Below are positions 1 to 11,333 of a DNA stretch of 64,000 nt, piece after piece. The stretch is from NCBI GenBank assembly GCA_002811645.1, contig PDIP01000003.1, positions 620,001 through 684,000 on the forward strand, in the 5' to 3' direction. Numbering within the stretch: the stretch's first letter is position 1; every line of letters starts with the position of its first letter. The translations under genes and the position numbers were made by a program. Under the pieces are notes generated by a model. It was given only the letters and a program-made list of their open reading frames with translations, was not told the origin of the DNA and did not search any database. The stretch comes from Corallochytrium limacisporum Hawaii (lineage: Eukaryota; Protista; Pluriformea).

Positions 1-3000
1 AAAGGATAATTAGGTATTCCACTACGTACTGAAATGAGTGGGGTTTGCTAGTTCTAACAGCAGAGTTCTCATCTCCTAATAGTTGCAATGTACGAGGAAC
101 TGCAATATCTGAGACGCGCAGTTGTCATCCGATTGTCCGAACGTAACTCATGATATACATTCGTACTGCCGGGAGATCCGGATCCGCACAGGTTTCCCAG
201 TACAACTCCACCTCATTTTTTTCATACTTCTTCCTTGGTACTGCTGCCTCCATATTTATATTAGCGACATATCGATATGTTACAGTGTCGTTCTTTGCCA
301 AATCTGTCTCTTTGTGCAGATGCCACTGTGCGCAGTAGAGGTATTCTCTGCGTGTTGTGTGCTCCAGCTCTTCTGGATGTACGCGCAAATAAGGTCCGAT
401 TTCTCGTCATTACCTCAATCGCGCTATACAAGCGCCTTTTCTTGTTTTTTAAAAAGTTCGGAATGTTCCCATCTATTCCAGCACCTGGGTGATGATAGGA
501 TTCTCTCTGAAAGCTACATTCTATATAAAAAATGTACAATCTACTGGAGCCCATTCTCGTCGTTTGGCAATCCCGCTCTCGGGACAGTTCTTCTACATTC
601 GCAACAGACCTTCCAGATCGAGTTATTGTGCGCAATGGACCTGTTAGGATGACGTACGTTAGGTATAAGCAGTGGTGGCGAAAGTGAACGAGAGAGCATA
701 GCGGAGTGCACCAGGGACAGGGCCAACAAAGCCTAAGCACACAACAAAGTGTGTGCTTCTTGCAGAGCGGTCTGAATCTTCGCACTCGGCAACGATGCTA
801 AAAAATTGCTTGGGCGGTGACAATGAAAACATGCACTATGAAGGAAAAGCAGAGAGCGCAGTATTGTTTGTGGAATTTGAATCCCACGAGAAATATTGAA
901 AGAAACTCCCGTACCTAATGCCGAGAATGCTCCTACTGCATTGGCCTCTGCCCGATGGCAGGAACAACACAAGAATCAGAGGCAACTTTTGGTTTAGCAT
1001 TCACGGTTTCAACAGCTTGAAGTCTCCCGCCTGAATGCAACCACCCAATTTGACAGCATGTGCGAGAAAAGTGGACCTGCTGAGCAAGATGCCCGTAGAT
1101 ACTCTTCAATCTTCAACATGTAATAGAACTGTTCATTTAACAGAATTGCTGACCAGCTCGCTGTTTGGTGAGTACACTTTCATAGTGCTTCAGCTAAGAC
1201 CCCGTCCGTTGATCTCTTGGATTTCCTCGGTGGAAGTAGAGAATGAAGAACGACAACCGCCTTCGCCCTTTCTTCCCTGTCGTGTTCCTCATACTGCGAG
1301 CTACTATTAGTATGCGAGGAACACAGTGTTGTTTACAATTTGTGCAGCCGCGCAACAGTTTACAGCCCCCGCACAAACATCCGCCAGATTGGGATTCTGC
1401 TTGGCTGCGAGGACGAGGAGGCGGATTCACCAAAAAAAAAACAATAGTTCCTTAGTTATCTACATCCCGCGATATAATCCCCGAATGGAACATTGTGGTA
1501 CCAGTAAGAGGAACGCACCCAAGATGTTTCTGAACTTCAGGAGGGACACGACGCAAACGTCTTGTGGGCAACCTCCGGACGCGTTGTGTGTGCCGATGAT
1601 ATCCCAGCAGCCACAACATTTGACTGATTTGGAGGGGAAGTGTATGTTCCAAATGCTCTACCTTCACTTTCCAGTCTTCCGTCCGACATCCCTCAAAACG
1701 CCACCCATCTCCACAACGCCCCACCTCAGGCCCTTCTTCTCATTTTTTTTCTCTTCGTTTCGATTACTATTGCCTTTTCCGTTCATAGAAGAATCCCCTT
1801 TGCCTCTTCTCTCTCCATCTGTCCCCAGTGAGGTGCAATTCAAGTGAAACGTTGCTCTCTACGGGGCAAAGGGAGAATCCAACCGCCCAGATGTCGCGAA
1901 ACACATATCCGTCAGTCCACATGAAGCTTAGAGCAATACATGCCCGTACACATACTCTGACCTACATATGTACGCTTTGTCTTGGTACCTTAATAGGCGA
2001 CGGGCGCAGAAGAAGTAGGAGGCATGGATGAGTGGAGCGCGAACTTGAAGTCCTTCGCTCCTGTGCCTACCTCCGTTGGAACATGTTGTATGTTGTTGCC
2101 TTGGAGGGGCTTTCGTTCCATTGGTGTTGTTGTGCTGTGGTGGTTGCAGCTTGCTCTTGGTTGTGCTACAGCATCCACTGCAACCACGCCGAGGATGACG
2201 ATATCTGCATGTACGAGCATTTCAACCATGTGTTGTGTCAGCTGTGCTTTTCCGCATCATATGCTGCAAAGTGGATCGCCAACGCTTTGCAATTCAACCC
2301 AATACTATCACCAGTTGTGTAGCACCACATCGCCATCACCTAGTGGAATAGTATCATATCAGTGCTGATATGGACATGTTGGATACGTGACGCTATGCAA
2401 TGCCCTGCGGCTCTCTGGTTTTTCTGAGAGTCTGGTGTTCTTGCAATCTACTATTTACACCACGCCTTGTATGTCTGCCGGGTTCCTACGTAGGAGGAAC
2501 CGTCTCATAGTATATATCACATAAGAGACGTCCAAGTTGCAAAACCACCTCATTCTATCTTGTTTAAAGATGGGGCCCGTCTCCCGTATCTAGCCAACCC
2601 GCACGGAGAGAACCGGTGTGCCGAAGAACTTTCGGGCCGTGTTTGAGTCACTTATTTGTTGCCCTGCACAAGGGGAGGGTCCGTTCAGCCTCGCGCGGTG
2701 CCCACAAGAATTGCATGGTTTGCAAGCAGCGATGGTTTGGAAAGTTGTATAGCGAAATGAAGCGATGAGGTCAATACCTTTGCGTCTGGGGACACGCCCC
2801 TATGATGGCCTTCAGATCTAAAGAAAATAAGGTAGACAAATGGTAGCAATGTTGGCGTTCTTAGGGTCCGAGATTGAATATGGGAAACCTTTTTGCATTT
2901 TCTAGCTGCCGGCGGTGTGTCCATTTGGTTGCAGTAGTGATGGAATACCACAGGACTTGCGAACGAACCCATTCAAAAAAACCAATGCTGCGGGCGGAGA

Positions 3001-4662
3001 TGTGCGCTTGATAAAGGGTGGTGTAGACACACAAATTTTTGCCGGCCTTTTCTGAGGGAAATTGATGAATCTTAACAAATGCCATACACCGCAACAAAGT
3101 TAGCGACACACACTTGCACAAACCCTTTGATCCAGGCGTCTCGCATGTTTGCCTCACAGGCTTTCAGCTATGTTCGCTTGCTGTTGTGTGTTTCAAATGA
3201 CTGCAGCGCGATATCCCGCCATCGGCCTCGGGAGTCTGCCGGGTTAGCATAAGTTTCATTGCTTTGTTCTATCAAGTCTATACTCATTATTCAATCATAT
3301 CTCAGTTCATATCATATATGAGCTTTTTCGGTAACCTAATGGTGGATTCCGTGTTCTGTAGGATTCTCTTTCTTTGAATTGAGGATCTGGGCGGTCCGAA
3401 GATCAGGAAGGGGAAGGATCTTACTTACTGAAGGGAGTACTTGTAGAAGGTGTGCAGGCACATATGTTTCTGAATACCATACAGACGTATACCATCGGTG
3501 TGTAGTGCACCTAGTTTATATGTATGCCTTACGCAGCCCCCCTGGCTATGGCTCATCCACCTCCCTGAACTGAAATCCCCAACATCTTTATCTGGGTGTA
3601 CCCAGTACGGTAAAAAAAAGATCATTGGTTTTCGGTGTTGGGCTGAATGCAGTAGCCCGCGCCTTTCCATGGGTCTTTGCACTGTGTTACTGCTGAGTGC
3701 CAAGCAGAAAACAGGTAGCAGCCCCATGGCGGGTGCATCATGCCGTTTTTGTGTAGGAAAAACATGCATGTCATGAGGTCGCAGTTTGTTTACCATTCTA
3801 ATTAAAGTGTGCGAGAAATGAGGCGCTTCGAACCGTGCAATGTCTCATTCGCGCGTTGCCGCTCTGACCTTTGTGTGCCTCCTCCACCTCCGGCCTCTGA
3901 CGGGGGATTGTCTTGTATTCGCGACCTCCATCACTGATCTTGAATGTGCACGATGGCAACAAAGTTTACTCAACAGTGAACGCTATCAAAACCTTTACCG
4001 GCTATTGAGGATTCGCACCGTTCCTGCACTCCGTTGTTTCCGTAAAGAGAGCCGCGCGGGCGGAGTGTTCTGCCAGAGAGGTCTGCGCTGTTCCGCAGCA
4101 CGAGCTGATTTGGAGGGATTGCTTCCTGGCAATCTGTGTGGGTTCAGGTTTCCTATAGTGTAACCTAACATCTGAGTCCTCGTTCCGTTGCTTGCTGCGC
4201 CGTGGCTCACATTCGCATACAACTGTTGCAAAAATAGCTTTGAATGAGTATGGTACACAAGAAAAGTATTGGGAAGGGGGCGGTCGTTCAAGTCATGGAA
4301 AATTTCAATGAACGATGAAGGTAGGCGAGGGTCCAGATCGCTTTGGCACCGTTTCCCCAATTTTCCCCATCGCACATACGAGAAAGGGGGAAGCCCCCAC
4401 GGCGGTGTATGGTGAAATCCTTCTGACAAGAAGGGGAAAGGGCAAATTGTCACTGCTACGGCATCTACGCAGGAGACGATCATTATTAATGCGATGTGCC
4501 ACAAGTAGAGACCATGATGAATTCAAGTTGACACCATGGACAGAGTTATTGGGCACTAGATGTAGCGATGAAGCCAAAATTTTTGTACAGCCGGACTCAC
4601 CGACACGTTAGGTACATAGAACTTCGTGACATCCGACGTAAGGGATCCAACGAAGATCACGG

Positions 4663-6117
4663 ATGCAAGACCGAAAATACAGCATGATGAGAGACTATAC
4701 ATACTACGCAGACGGCACCAGACCGGAACCATCTGCAGACGCCAGCAGGGGCCCGTTTTCGAAACGAATTGCCACTGAACAGCCGGTCCTTCCTGGCGGT
4801 TCACATAGCGAAGCGAAGGACAGTACAGTACAGGATTTCGCTGAAACCAGGACGAGCACAACCAGTACTTCAACAGTTGCCACTGTACCCATGTCCGGTG
4901 CTGCAGTGGGAGTTTATCCCAATCCTATAGAATATGGCCCCAAACAAGCCATTGAGAACCCCATGTATTTGCCCCTAAATGTCAACCCTCCCCATGGAGA
5001 AATGGGCCCTGAGAAGGATACTGTGATCACCACAGATACACTGGGCATGAAGTTGGTTCACAAGAATGGAATTCCAATCAACCGCCAACTATCTATCGAC
5101 AAGGGATACATGCAGTATCAAACTGCGGCCAGACTTCTCTACACATGGAGAGAAAACCCCCATGGCATCCGATTCTTCGATCACCACCCTGCAGATGTGT
5201 CACCTGGTTTCATCTATTTCTATAAGGCCGCTGGAAACAAATTCAACAGCAAGAACGTGAAGCCCCCATACAAGACAAGGCGTATCACTTTTGGTGGTGC
5301 ACAACGCAAATGTGTCGCAAAAGGCTCAGGAGTCGACCACTTCGAGGTAACAATCTCTCCAACCCTCAAACTTATTGGCAAGGTAACCTTTGGCCCGAAA
5401 GCGTTGAGCGTAAGACGTTGGGGTCTTGTCAACCAAGATCGTAGCATGCCTGACCTGATCCAGATCCGTGCGTCTTCCAGTTGTGTTCTTAAAAAGACCA
5501 CACATGACAAAGTTGCCAAGAACACGTATGGTATGGACAAACTGTCTGCTCCTATGACTGGCGCCCAGGAGAGCATGCCTTACCTCCACGGCGCTCACAC
5601 TACGGCTGCGGCTAATGACCTCGCTGGATACGGACAAAAATCCATTCTCTTGATACCTTCACAGGCAATTAATGGGAGTTACACACAGACGCCAGGGTCG
5701 TTGGTCCAGAGCCCCATGGCTACGTATCCTCATGCTGACGGCCAATACATGCTGTCACAAAATCAGTACGCCCATCCTGGTATGCAGTTTTCAGACCAAC
5801 CAATGGACCCACGGACTGTTGTCCAGCCCAGAGATGGTCAGTTTCATGGTCATGAGCATGCCTTAGATCCACCCGGAAACACACTGCCTACCTATGGAAC
5901 ACAACCTGACCCCAATCAAGGCAAACATATGAGTCCCCATGACACGGGGGATATCTATCATACTGCAGATCGTAATCGAGTTTACAGTCTCACCAACGAC
6001 ATGACAGCGGTGGGAATGCGCCCCCGTCAGAACAATGTCTTGGTGGAGTCATTTGCCATGGCATTCCTGAACCAGATGCGTGACGGCACTGGGAACCCTC
6101 AGCAGGACCTCAAATGA
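4663..6117 (+). CDS. Hypothetical 484-aa protein; central globular domain weakly resembling CG-1 (CAMTA)/Ssr4-N, flanked by low-complexity P/Q/H-rich regions; possible transcription factor
   Basis: Long ATG-initiated ORF with protein-like composition. Segment TAARLLYTW...PADVSPGFIYFY...SVRRWGLVNQ parallels the CG-1 layout by eye only. Confidence 0.75.
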   Translation: MQDRKYSMMRDYTYYADGTRPEPSADASRGPFSKRIATEQPVLPGGSHSEAKDSTVQDFAETRTSTTSTSTVATVPMSGAAVGVYPNPIEYGPKQAIENPMYLPLNVNPPHGEMGPEKDTVITTDTLGMKLVHKNGIPINRQLSIDKGYMQYQTAARLLYTWRENPHGIRFFDHHPADVSPGFIYFYKAAGNKFNSKNVKPPYKTRRITFGGAQRKCVAKGSGVDHFEVTISPTLKLIGKVTFGPKALSVRRWGLVNQDRSMPDLIQIRASSSCVLKKTTHDKVAKNTYGMDKLSAPMTGAQESMPYLHGAHTTAAANDLAGYGQKSILLIPSQAINGSYTQTPGSLVQSPMATYPHADGQYMLSQNQYAHPGMQFSDQPMDPRTVVQPRDGQFHGHEHALDPPGNTLPTYGTQPDPNQGKHMSPHDTGDIYHTADRNRVYSLTNDMTAVGMRPRQNNVLVESFAMAFLNQMRDGTGNPQQDLK

Positions 6118-6310
6118 GGGACCGGGAATGTAGCTCCTCTTCTTAATAGCAACCAACATACATAGCAAGTCATACGACAGGGTCACCCTCATATTATCAC
6201 AATCTATATACACATGGATCTATCATAGCTATTCTAATCATATGCAACATGTGACTTGGATGGACGAGTCTGTTGTGGGAGCAAACATTTTTCATAGGAA
6301 CCATTGTAAT

Positions 6311-6676
6311 TCACCGGCCTCGCCCCCGTCCTCTACTACCACGACTGCCTCGACCCCGCATAGTCGGGCCACCTCCACGACCTCTTCGAGAGGAAGTGCT
6401 CTTTCGCTGGGGACGTTGCCCTGGGGTATCATCGACCAGGTACCGTTCTAACGGAAGAGAATCTGGAAGGATCACCATTCTGACTGAATTTCCCCGAACA
6501 GATATCGCATCCATGGATATAGGTTCCTTCTGCTTGACGGTCATTTTGACGTTCAAGAGCTGTATGTTCATGTGCAAGTCAGAGTTCTGAATGGTTCCAT
6601 AAATGACTGTACCATTCTTCAGTTCCACTGTGACAGTCTCTCCCTTGAGCCTAGCCAAGAACCTTGCAAGTTTCAT
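6311..6676 (-). CDS. SNRPD1: Small nuclear ribonucleoprotein Sm D1
   Basis: MKLARFLARLKGETVTVELKNGTVIYGTI, Sm2 motif ISVRGNSVRMVILPDSLPL, and an RG-rich C-terminal tail. Confidence 0.97.
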   Translation of the reverse strand: MKLARFLARLKGETVTVELKNGTVIYGTIQNSDLHMNIQLLNVKMTVKQKEPISMDAISVRGNSVRMVILPDSLPLERYLVDDTPGQRPQRKSTSSRRGRGGGPTMRGRGSRGSRGRGRGR

Positions 6677-7089
6677 GCTGCGGTTATACTCTATGCAAAA
6701 ACACCTCCCTTAACGCAGCCAACTTTGATTCACATGCTAAAATTTAGAACTTGTTGTATCAGTATAAAGAAAATACACGATCAGGCAACCCAGTAAACAG
6801 TGTTTCCTCAGTAGCTTAAAGTAGCCCACTGTACGCGCGACAATTCCTCGTGCCTCTCCCAGAGCACCCTCCCAGAACCAATTTTGAAACGCGGCCTTTC
6901 TCGTAATATGATATACGGCTTTATTTGAAGAGCCAGTGACTTGGGCATCTCGTGAAAGTTTTCGCGCCAATGTAAATGATAACTAGGGAGGGTAGGACCA
7001 TGAAAGGACGTGGAGGTCAGGCGGCAACGTCAGTCGCAGGTGTTTGACTGGTGTCGTGATGTGCTGAACCCTCTTGGCTCGTGCACAAG

Positions 7090-7145
7090 GTAAGAGTTCC
7101 ATAAGTTTGAGTTTTGGTACACTAATAAGACATCATTGGACACAG
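7090..7145 (+). other. Candidate 56-nt spliceosomal intron in the 5' UTR of the GON4L-like gene
   Basis: AAG|GTAAGA donor, ACTAAT branch-like site at 7121-7126, ACACAG acceptor. Confidence 0.5.
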
Positions 7146-7170
7146 GTCGTCATGGGTCCACGGATTGAGC

Positions 7171-9045
7171 ATGAGTTCAGCAAATGAAAATAGCGAGGGT
7201 TCAACTCTTGATCACTCAATCAGGCGAATAGCCAGAAGCTATGGGCTTACTGGAAACAGTGTCCGCTCAATTCTTCGTGAAATTGTCAGTACGACAACAT
7301 TACAAGATCTTATCACCAAGGTTGATACCACAGGGAACCGAGGACAGCAGCCAGAAACGAATCTAGGAAGTGCTGACGATGCAGCACAAAGCAATATATG
7401 GAATCTCTTTACAGAGGATGATGAAGAACACGATGAGGACTGGCTTCCTAGCGATGGGCAACTCATCGACAGTAATACTGACTCTCCATTTGACAAAATT
7501 CTTCGCGGGCGACAGAATTCTGGAGTAGGAGAGGACACATATCACCAGGAAGAGGATGGCGGTGCTGGTGGTAGCACATTATGGCAGGAATTCCTGGACA
7601 AACTCATTGCAGGTGAAGAATTTCCTGAAGAGGATGAGGATGACGGAGAATACAAGGTCAGGGAAGATTATCAATCTCAGCAGAACAAGATTTCTGGAGG
7701 AAAAGCAACCAGTGAACCGGGTCTTCAGGTCGCAATAACCACTCGATCATCACCGGAGTACGCGTTCAAAGAACGATTCGTGCCACAGCTTTATATTTTG
7801 ATACAGCGGTATGTACAAGTAGTCGTACAAACTCTCATATTGAGTCGGGGCGATGCATCACTAAAGCAAATTCATGCAGAATGCGGTGCTATGCTGGACA
7901 GATTTGTGAGTACTCTGAGCAACCAGCAGACAGTACTGGGCAAACGAAAGCACAGTGTTATGGATGTTTTGCCTTTGCATTCATTGCCGCTTGTGGAAAA
8001 GTGGTCTAAAGGAAAGGTTATGGCATGGACATCATTCGGAAAGCATATTCCAAAGACCCGAATTATGAACAATAAGGATCAACTGCACAAGGCTGGTCTT
8101 TCGGAGTCGGCCATCCTTGATCCCCGAATTGTCAGGATTTTTCAGGAGTGTCTGGATTTCTTTGAGCCAGAGATCACACCGCTGCGTCACCTTGAGACAG
8201 CAGAGAATCAGAAGTCTTCGCAGAAGAAAAAGCGGCTTAAGTTCGTCAGTGCTGAGGATGAACTGTTCGCTGAGGGAATTCGTCTCTTCGGACACGACTA
8301 CAAAATGATTGCACAGTATATTCTTCCGCCGAAGATTGAGAAACAATTGCGATTCCGATACAAGAATGTGACTTCACGGGAAAAGGGAAAGGACAGGAAC
8401 CCCTTGAGTGTGATTGCGAAGAACAGTGAAGCACCACTTAGTGCTTTCGAGATTGAACTCCTGGAACAAGGCTTCGTAGTTGAAGAAGGTGATTTCAAGA
8501 AGATTCAAGCGAACTACCTTCCGTTCAGAGAGGCTGAATTTATCGAAAAGAAATTCAAGAGACTGGACAAATCGAAACTTTTCCAGTTCTACGAGAATCA
8601 AATGACGCTAAGAAGCGGTCATGCACTGCAAAATCGTGAAGCGGACCGCGAAGACATCGCGTACCCGAATGTCCTCCGCAAAGACCTGGCCGAAGCGTTG
8701 CTTGAGCTGAAGAAGGACGATGGGGTCGCATTCAACGGACTCTTGGATCGTCGACCGGGAGAAGACTCCGATTACTTTGGAGAACAGCCTGGACATCACA
8801 TACACAGTACCGAAACGGCAGACAAACAGGAATTCATCGAGGAGGAAGAGGAACTTCTTGATCATTCCATTGCAGAGGAACTGTCCACGGCACAGAACCA
8901 CCGAATGACCGTGTCCAGTGACTTCCTCAGCTACTCCACAGCCATTCATCACAACATCGGTCATCATCAAAGTAATGGCGTCTCTGCCTTGCACAGTCAT
9001 ATGAGTCAAGGACTGGAACATGCAGAAGAGGAAGAGGAAATTTAA
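7171..9045 (+). CDS. GON4L/YY1AP1/DUO3-like Myb/SANT-domain transcriptional regulator
   Basis: Acidic patches (EDDEEHDEDW, EEDEDDGEY), LIQRYVQVVVQTLIL helix, SANT-like FVSAEDELFAEGIRLFGHDYKMIAQYILPPKIEKQLRFRYKN, plus a second degenerate SANT. First ATG is at 7171; the ORF track starts at TTG 7165. Confidence 0.75.
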   Translation: MSSANENSEGSTLDHSIRRIARSYGLTGNSVRSILREIVSTTTLQDLITKVDTTGNRGQQPETNLGSADDAAQSNIWNLFTEDDEEHDEDWLPSDGQLIDSNTDSPFDKILRGRQNSGVGEDTYHQEEDGGAGGSTLWQEFLDKLIAGEEFPEEDEDDGEYKVREDYQSQQNKISGGKATSEPGLQVAITTRSSPEYAFKERFVPQLYILIQRYVQVVVQTLILSRGDASLKQIHAECGAMLDRFVSTLSNQQTVLGKRKHSVMDVLPLHSLPLVEKWSKGKVMAWTSFGKHIPKTRIMNNKDQLHKAGLSESAILDPRIVRIFQECLDFFEPEITPLRHLETAENQKSSQKKKRLKFVSAEDELFAEGIRLFGHDYKMIAQYILPPKIEKQLRFRYKNVTSREKGKDRNPLSVIAKNSEAPLSAFEIELLEQGFVVEEGDFKKIQANYLPFREAEFIEKKFKRLDKSKLFQFYENQMTLRSGHALQNREADREDIAYPNVLRKDLAEALLELKKDDGVAFNGLLDRRPGEDSDYFGEQPGHHIHSTETADKQEFIEEEEELLDHSIAEELSTAQNHRMTVSSDFLSYSTAIHHNIGHHQSNGVSALHSHMSQGLEHAEEEEEI

Positions 9046-9156
9046 ATACAGACTTACATGTCCATGTGCACCCCTTGCAACAATGATGCACAGGGGCGTT
9101 TGTGACTTGGATTCCGAAACCACAGCCGCCGCTTACGACGATCCCCTCCCCACTCT

Positions 9157-9174
9157 CCCCCCCGGGGGGGGGGG
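9157..9174. repeat. C7G11 homopolymer palindrome
   Basis: Read directly from sequence; intergenic. Confidence 0.95.
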
Positions 9175-9407
9175 CCCACCAGGGAGGTGGCAGTGTGGAG
9201 AGCTTCGATTACTAACCCATTCTCGACTGTCCCCCTGACATGTAGCTCTCCACGCGAGGGCGAATGTCCAACACGTTTGCGGAGCTATTAAGTAGCGACA
9301 AGTTCCCTTGGATATAGAACTGTTGTAATCTAGCAGTCCAGAAGCGCAGTACCATTACATAAATAGAGGCATGTGGGATGGAATCAAAAGAGCCTCGATG
9401 GTAAGCC

Positions 9408-10280
9408 ATGTCATTGTTCGGTGAGCTGGTCGTAGGGCCGCCGGGGTCTGGTAAGACAACCTATTGCAAGGCAATGTGCCGGATGCTGGACGAAATAGGA
9501 AGAATCACAGTCTTGGTTAATTTGGATCCTGCTAATGATCTGGAAATCGTATCGGATAGAAACGATCGGTTTATTGACATTTGTGAGCTTGTCACTTTAG
9601 AAGATGCTATGGAAGAACATCACCTCGGACCCAACGGTGGGCTTCTGCTGTGTATGGACATCATCGAAACCAACATAGACTGGTTGATTGGTCGGATACG
9701 GGACTGTGCAGAGAATTTTCGCAAAGATGGTTTGAGCCCGTATTTTGTGTTCGACTGCCCTGGCCAGGTTGAGCTGTACATCCATCACCAGTCTTTCAAG
9801 AAGATAGTGAGTGCACTGGAGAATGAATTTAAATTATGTGCAGTAAATGTTGTCGATGGCACATTGCTGCGATCACCGCAGGCATTTATCAGTCTAATGG
9901 CTACCAGCCTGGCACTCATGATCAATCTGGAATTGCCGCAGGTGCATGTATTGTCAAAGATTGACATTGTCCGAACTGCTACGGATATGCCCTTAGCAAT
10001 TGAAGACTGTTTGGATCCGGAAGGCTTTTTGAATGCCCTTTCTCGTAGCTCCTACTCTTTGGATAGAGAACGAAATCGACGTTATGCAGCGCTAGACGGT
10101 GCAATGATCGAGTTGGTAAACGACTATGGCCTACTCGGATTCCAAATGTTGAGTGTGCGGGAACCTGAGACCCTGGTTGAAGTGCAAAAAGCCATTGACG
10201 CAGCCAACGGTTACTACTACGGTGATCTAGAGCATGTTGATCTAGAAACTGTTGCGCAGATCCTGAAGAACACGGAATAA
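9408..10280 (+). CDS. GPN2: GPN-loop GTPase 2
   Basis: FGELVVGPPGSGKTTYC, VNLDPAND, LGPNGGL, FDCPGQVELY, LSKID. Confidence 0.93.
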   Translation: MSLFGELVVGPPGSGKTTYCKAMCRMLDEIGRITVLVNLDPANDLEIVSDRNDRFIDICELVTLEDAMEEHHLGPNGGLLLCMDIIETNIDWLIGRIRDCAENFRKDGLSPYFVFDCPGQVELYIHHQSFKKIVSALENEFKLCAVNVVDGTLLRSPQAFISLMATSLALMINLELPQVHVLSKIDIVRTATDMPLAIEDCLDPEGFLNALSRSSYSLDRERNRRYAALDGAMIELVNDYGLLGFQMLSVREPETLVEVQKAIDAANGYYYGDLEHVDLETVAQILKNTE

Positions 10281-10352
10281 GCATGGGTCTGCATCGTTAA
10301 AACGATATTATCTCAGTGTACACTATACATTCATTCATGGTTGTGGTTTGTT

Positions 10353-11333
10353 TCAGATCATTTTCCGGTTTTCTGATGAAGATGACACGGGCCACAGAAT
10401 ACTTCGGTACGGTGTCCACGAAAATGCGTCGCAGATGCCAGTTTGGGTGTATGCATCGCGGATACCTTTGGAAAGTGCTAACCACACGAAAATCCGCAAA
10501 AACCTGTCAATGGACTTGCCCCGAGGACCGGTACGTTGCAGGGCATTCCGCAGGGCCGAGAGTGGGAATTGAACCACGACGCTACTGCTGACGAGGTAGC
10601 CCAGCAGAGCTGCACTGGCATCGATCAGGGCAGCCGAACGAAGCTTGGCCTGCATGAGTTGCTTAATCAGTTGTGAGTGCTTCTCCAATTCGGCTTTCTG
10701 CTTTTCCCGGTCCTTCTTGTACTCTTCGATGGCTCGCTGCAAATCATCCCTTGTTTGGTTCAGCTTGGCCTGTAGGTCGGCACTGATCTCTTCATGCTTT
10801 GCCACTTCCTCTTCCATTGAGTTAAGAGTTGTCTGCAACTCAGCGATCTTGCGGGTCTGACTAATTGACTGCAACTTCAACTCCTGTATCCGCTCCTGGC
10901 CTTGCCTGGCAATGAGTTCGAGCTTTCTCGACCTGAGGTGATTAGCATAGCTAACCATATAGTGGAACTTATGCAAGTTCATGCTTGCTTCATTGACCGC
11001 ATTTTGATGTTCCATTTGCGTTCCCATGGCCCGCACCAATTCGGTGAGACGTGCATCGTCAGCACTTGTGGGAGGCATGAACATTCCTTCGCTGATGGTC
11101 TTGTGCAGATTACCCAGACGAGAAACGCTGTCCGTGAACCTTCGGTACTGTGCATTCGCCAATTGGTTTGACGGATTGCTTGGCGTCCTCGGACTTCCCA
11201 TAGAATCTGACCGCGTCTTGTCGGCTGATCGGGACGAAAACGATGAGGGCTGCCGTCTGCTGGCAGAGCCATTCAACCCAATAGGAGTCAATGGCGCGGC
11301 AGCCATACTGCTTGCTTCCTGTGTTCTGACCAT
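10353..11333 (-). CDS. Hypothetical coiled-coil protein with hydrophobic C-terminal segments (possibly membrane anchored)
   Basis: About 326-aa ORF from ATG 11333. S-rich N-terminus, long heptad-like E/K/Q/L region, hydrophobic ASAALLGYLVSSSVVVQFPL and FLRIFVWLAL. Confidence 0.8.
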   Translation of the reverse strand: MVRTQEASSMAAAPLTPIGLNGSASRRQPSSFSSRSADKTRSDSMGSPRTPSNPSNQLANAQYRRFTDSVSRLGNLHKTISEGMFMPPTSADDARLTELVRAMGTQMEHQNAVNEASMNLHKFHYMVSYANHLRSRKLELIARQGQERIQELKLQSISQTRKIAELQTTLNSMEEEVAKHEEISADLQAKLNQTRDDLQRAIEEYKKDREKQKAELEKHSQLIKQLMQAKLRSAALIDASAALLGYLVSSSVVVQFPLSALRNALQRTGPRGKSIDRFLRIFVWLALSKGIRDAYTQTGICDAFSWTPYRSILWPVSSSSENRKMI

